A stretch of 64,000 nucleotides of DNA from Octopus sinensis. Its lineage: Eukaryota. The notes under the pieces were generated by a model. It was given only the letters and a program-made list of their open reading frames with translations. It was not told where the DNA came from and made no database searches. This document shows, one piece after another, positions 62,936 through 64,000 of the stretch. A program made the translations under genes and the position numbers. The stretch is from NCBI RefSeq assembly GCF_006345805.1, contig NC_043014.1:15314001-15378000 (forward strand). The letters run 5' to 3'. Within the stretch, counting starts at the first letter, position 1. Each line of letters opens with the position of its first letter.

Positions 62936-63679
62936 CACCCAGTCAACAAAGATGCTTCTATGCGGTCGTTCAGCCTGCTAGATGCAGCAACCGAACCTCT
63001 CGAATCATATACCTTACTGTCTTAGAAAGGACACATGGGATCATGTGATCGTAGTTTCCTTCTGCATATAGCTTAGGGTACTTTGATTCTGGATCAGGCC
63101 TGACCTGGGGCTAAACAACAACAGCCACTAAAAACGAGGCAACAAGAGGAACCTTTATGCCTTTAGTACAGCAAATCGACCCCGAAAAGAATGAAAGACA
63201 AAATCGACTTTAGCGGAATTTGAACTCAGAACGTAAAGATGGATGAAATATCCGCTTAGCACTGAATTATGTAGCTTTAGACCACTGATTCTCAGCTAGG
63301 GTCCACATGACCTTCCTGTGGGTCCATATAAGATTTTACTACATAAGCAAATTTTTTTCGAGAAGCGGGCCACATGAGACATGGTTCCATCGTGAGGTAG
63401 AATGTACTACAAAAAAAAAATTCAAACTAATTTTTTTTTTTTTTTGGCGTACCATTCAGAAATGCCCGTGGGTCGCAGTTTGCCCGAGACTGCTCTACGT
63501 TGTCATTTGATCAGTTAGAAATAACAGCCAAATCTCGTTTTAATCACATCCTACCATCTTTGGAGGAGCGAGCTAGTCGATTACATCGACCGCTCACTCG
63601 GCGAGATTTGAGCTCAGAACATGTGTGTGTGTGTGTGTGTGTGTGTGTAGTGAATTCAGATAAATAAACAGTGTAAATG

Positions 63680-63968
63680 AACGAGTAAAAACGGACAACA
63701 TGAGGACGTACATAAGAAATGTGTAAGCTTGACGCTCGGTGAAAGGTGAGTTTGACGTTTTGAGCATAACTCTACGTCGGAAAGGCAAATTTACAAAAAA
63801 TAAAAGACGAAGACAGGTAAAGTAACAACAAGCGAGTGTATTAGTTTAACGCTCGGGAAGAATGGAAAAGTCTTTAACGTTTCGAGCCTACGCTCTTCGA
63901 CAGAAGGGATTGAGAGGGAAGAAAAAAAAAACGGAAAGCGAAAAAAAAAGATGTGGGGATTAACGGTT
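63680..63968 (-). mobile_element. Two adjacent H1-related elements with hammerhead-like motifs (63750-63784 degenerate; 63872-63907)
   Basis: Minus at 63872-63907: CCTT-CTGTCGA-A-GAGC-GTAG-GCTC-GAAAC-GTT-AAAG. Confidence 0.65.
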
Positions 63969-64000
63969 CGTGTGTGTGTTTGTCCCCATCACTAGTTAAC

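Overview
Repeat-saturated animal genomic DNA, most likely an octopod cephalopod (inferred from the tRNA/CORE-type SINE families and microsatellite load). No complete protein-coding gene is visible, and almost all ORF-track entries are microsatellite artefacts. Content: three abundant tRNA-derived SINE families (dozens of copies, some with TSDs), a decayed CR1/L2/Jockey-type LINE RT remnant (5.4-6.9 kb, minus), RTE-type remnants, non-autonomous Helitrons, hAT-like and GG-terminal MITEs with 8-bp TSDs, and many (TA)n, (CA)n, (GA)n, (GATA)n and trinucleotide tracts. A few unique-sequence islands (16.2, 18.6-18.8, 20.3, 37.9 kb) carry minus-strand splice/start signals that may be alternative 5' exons of a gene whose body lies left of the window. 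The most interesting signal is three distinct small non-autonomous element families that each carry a minimal type I hammerhead-ribozyme-like motif of the Penelope/retrozyme kind: about 8 dispersed ~190-bp copies with covarying stems, a nested palindromic cassette with three hammerheads (40851-41394), and a tRNA-headed SINE whose 3' half is a hammerhead/Penelope-like tail (55322-55598). Also seen: a trimeric SINE inserted as one unit and several local templated duplications. All coordinates were counted by hand; repeat boundaries are approximate.
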